NCBI RefSeq assembly: GCF_036321535.1
Contig: NC_087436.1
Span: forward strand, 30,010,001-30,074,000
DNA length: 64,000 nucleotides
Reading direction: 5' to 3'
DNA from: Camelus dromedarius
Lineage: Eukaryota
Part shown: positions 62,741-64,000 of the stretch, piece after piece
How the letters are laid out: each line of letters opens with the position of its first letter
How positions within the stretch are numbered: the first letter of the stretch is position 1
Position numbers and translations under genes: made by a program
Notes under the pieces: generated by a model
Told to the model about the DNA's origin: nothing
Seen by the model: the letters and a program-made list of their open reading frames with translations, nothing else
Databases searched by the model: none

Positions 62741-63375
62741 ATATATATACACACACATATATAAAAACAAACTAATATACATTAGGCTTTGTACAGCCAT
62801 TCATTTATAAAATCTAAATGGAGTGTTAAAAGTCTGAATTTAACTCAACTGAATGTAAGTTTTGCCATCAAATAAGTACAGGGATATCAAATGTGTTCAT
62901 TTTATAAGAAGTGATTCTTTCAAGAAAGCTGCTAATTTATTATCTCCCGTAAAATAGAGTTTGTTATGAGTAATTAGGAAGAGAGCATAACTAAAAGGGC
63001 AATCCACAAGAGAGTTTGTTTTCCCATCAGTCTTGTATTAGATTAAAAAAAGCATTAAAGTTTCTTGTAAAATGGCCAAAGTAATTATTACAAAAACTAA
63101 TACTAGAAGAGAAAACTAGTTAGAAACTAGAAATGGAGAGCAAATGTAAAATAATTAACTGGATAAGTCATTATAACACTTGGAAAAAAATACTTTGATG
63201 ACTCATAACAACTAAATGGCAATAATGAGCATCACTTCGTCTAACAGCTACATTAACTAACGGTAATCAAATTTCATCCTGAAGGGGGTTCAGCAAAATC
63301 AAAAATAATTTAAAAGATAGTATCAAGTTGTAAGGATCTAATGTACAACACAGTGATCATAGTTAATAATACCAT

Positions 63376-64000
63376 ATTGTAGTTTTGATTTGTATTTCTC
63401 TGATACTTAGTGATATTGAGCACTTTTTCATGTGGGCTATTTGTATGTCTTCATTGGAAAGTTGCTTGCTTAGGTCTTCTGCCCATTTTTGGATTGGGTT
63501 GTTGTTTTTTGTTTGTTTGTTATTAAGTTGTATGAGCTGTTTATAGATTCTGGAAATTAAGCCCTTGTCAGTCGCATCATTTGTATATACTTTCTCCCAT
63601 TCTGTAGGTTGTCTTTTTGTTTTGTTGATGGTTTCCTTTTGTCATTCTAAGTGAAGTAAGCCAGAAAGAGAAAGAAAAATACCATATGATATCACTTATA
63701 TCTGGAATCTAAAAAGAAAAAAAAAAAAAGACCAAGTGAACTTTTTTACAAAACAGAAACAGACTTACAATGTAGAAAACAAATTAATGGTTACCAGAGC
63801 AGGTAGGAAGGGGTAAATTGAGAGTTCAAGATTTGCAGATACTGACTACTGTATATAAAACAGATAAACAAGTTTCTTATATAGCACAGGGAACTATATT
63901 CAATATCTTGTAGTAACCTATAATGAAAAAGAATATGAAAACAAATATACGTATGTATATGGATGACTGAAGCATTAGGCTCTACACCAGAAACTGACAC
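63376..64000 (+). mobile_element. Young 5'-inverted L1 (camelid-type), running off the window end
   Basis: 63376-63641 is antisense ORF2 C-terminal sequence (attgtagttttgatttg...gatggtttccttt). 63641-64000 is the sense ORF2 end and 3' UTR (gtcattctaagtgaagtaagccag...gcacagggaactatattcaatatcttgtagtaacctataatg). Confidence 0.92.

Overview
AT-rich, CpG-poor mammalian genomic DNA. I found no recognisable host gene, RNA gene, CpG island or prokaryotic system. Much of the window is decayed interspersed repeat: many LINE-1 fragments of several ages, L2, MIR, MaLR/ERVL/ERV1 LTRs, three ERVL pol remnants and hAT DNA-transposon relics, plus several microsatellites. Two tRNA-derived SINEs resembling vic-1 and young L1 3' UTRs suggest a camelid genome, which is my recall and not a database result. 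The supplied ORFs are either chance ORFs, simple-repeat translations or degenerate L1/ERVL coding remnants. I did not find a new biological system. The best structural signals are several 5'-inverted (twin-primed) L1 insertions, one with a perfect 10-bp target-site duplication (TSD), a pure (TTC)47 tract, solo LTRs with intact TSDs, a CTCF-like motif inside an old LTR, and a SINE with a possible 3'-transduced tail. Repeat boundaries are by-eye estimates (typically +/-20-50 bp unless a TSD is quoted), and subfamily names are tentative.
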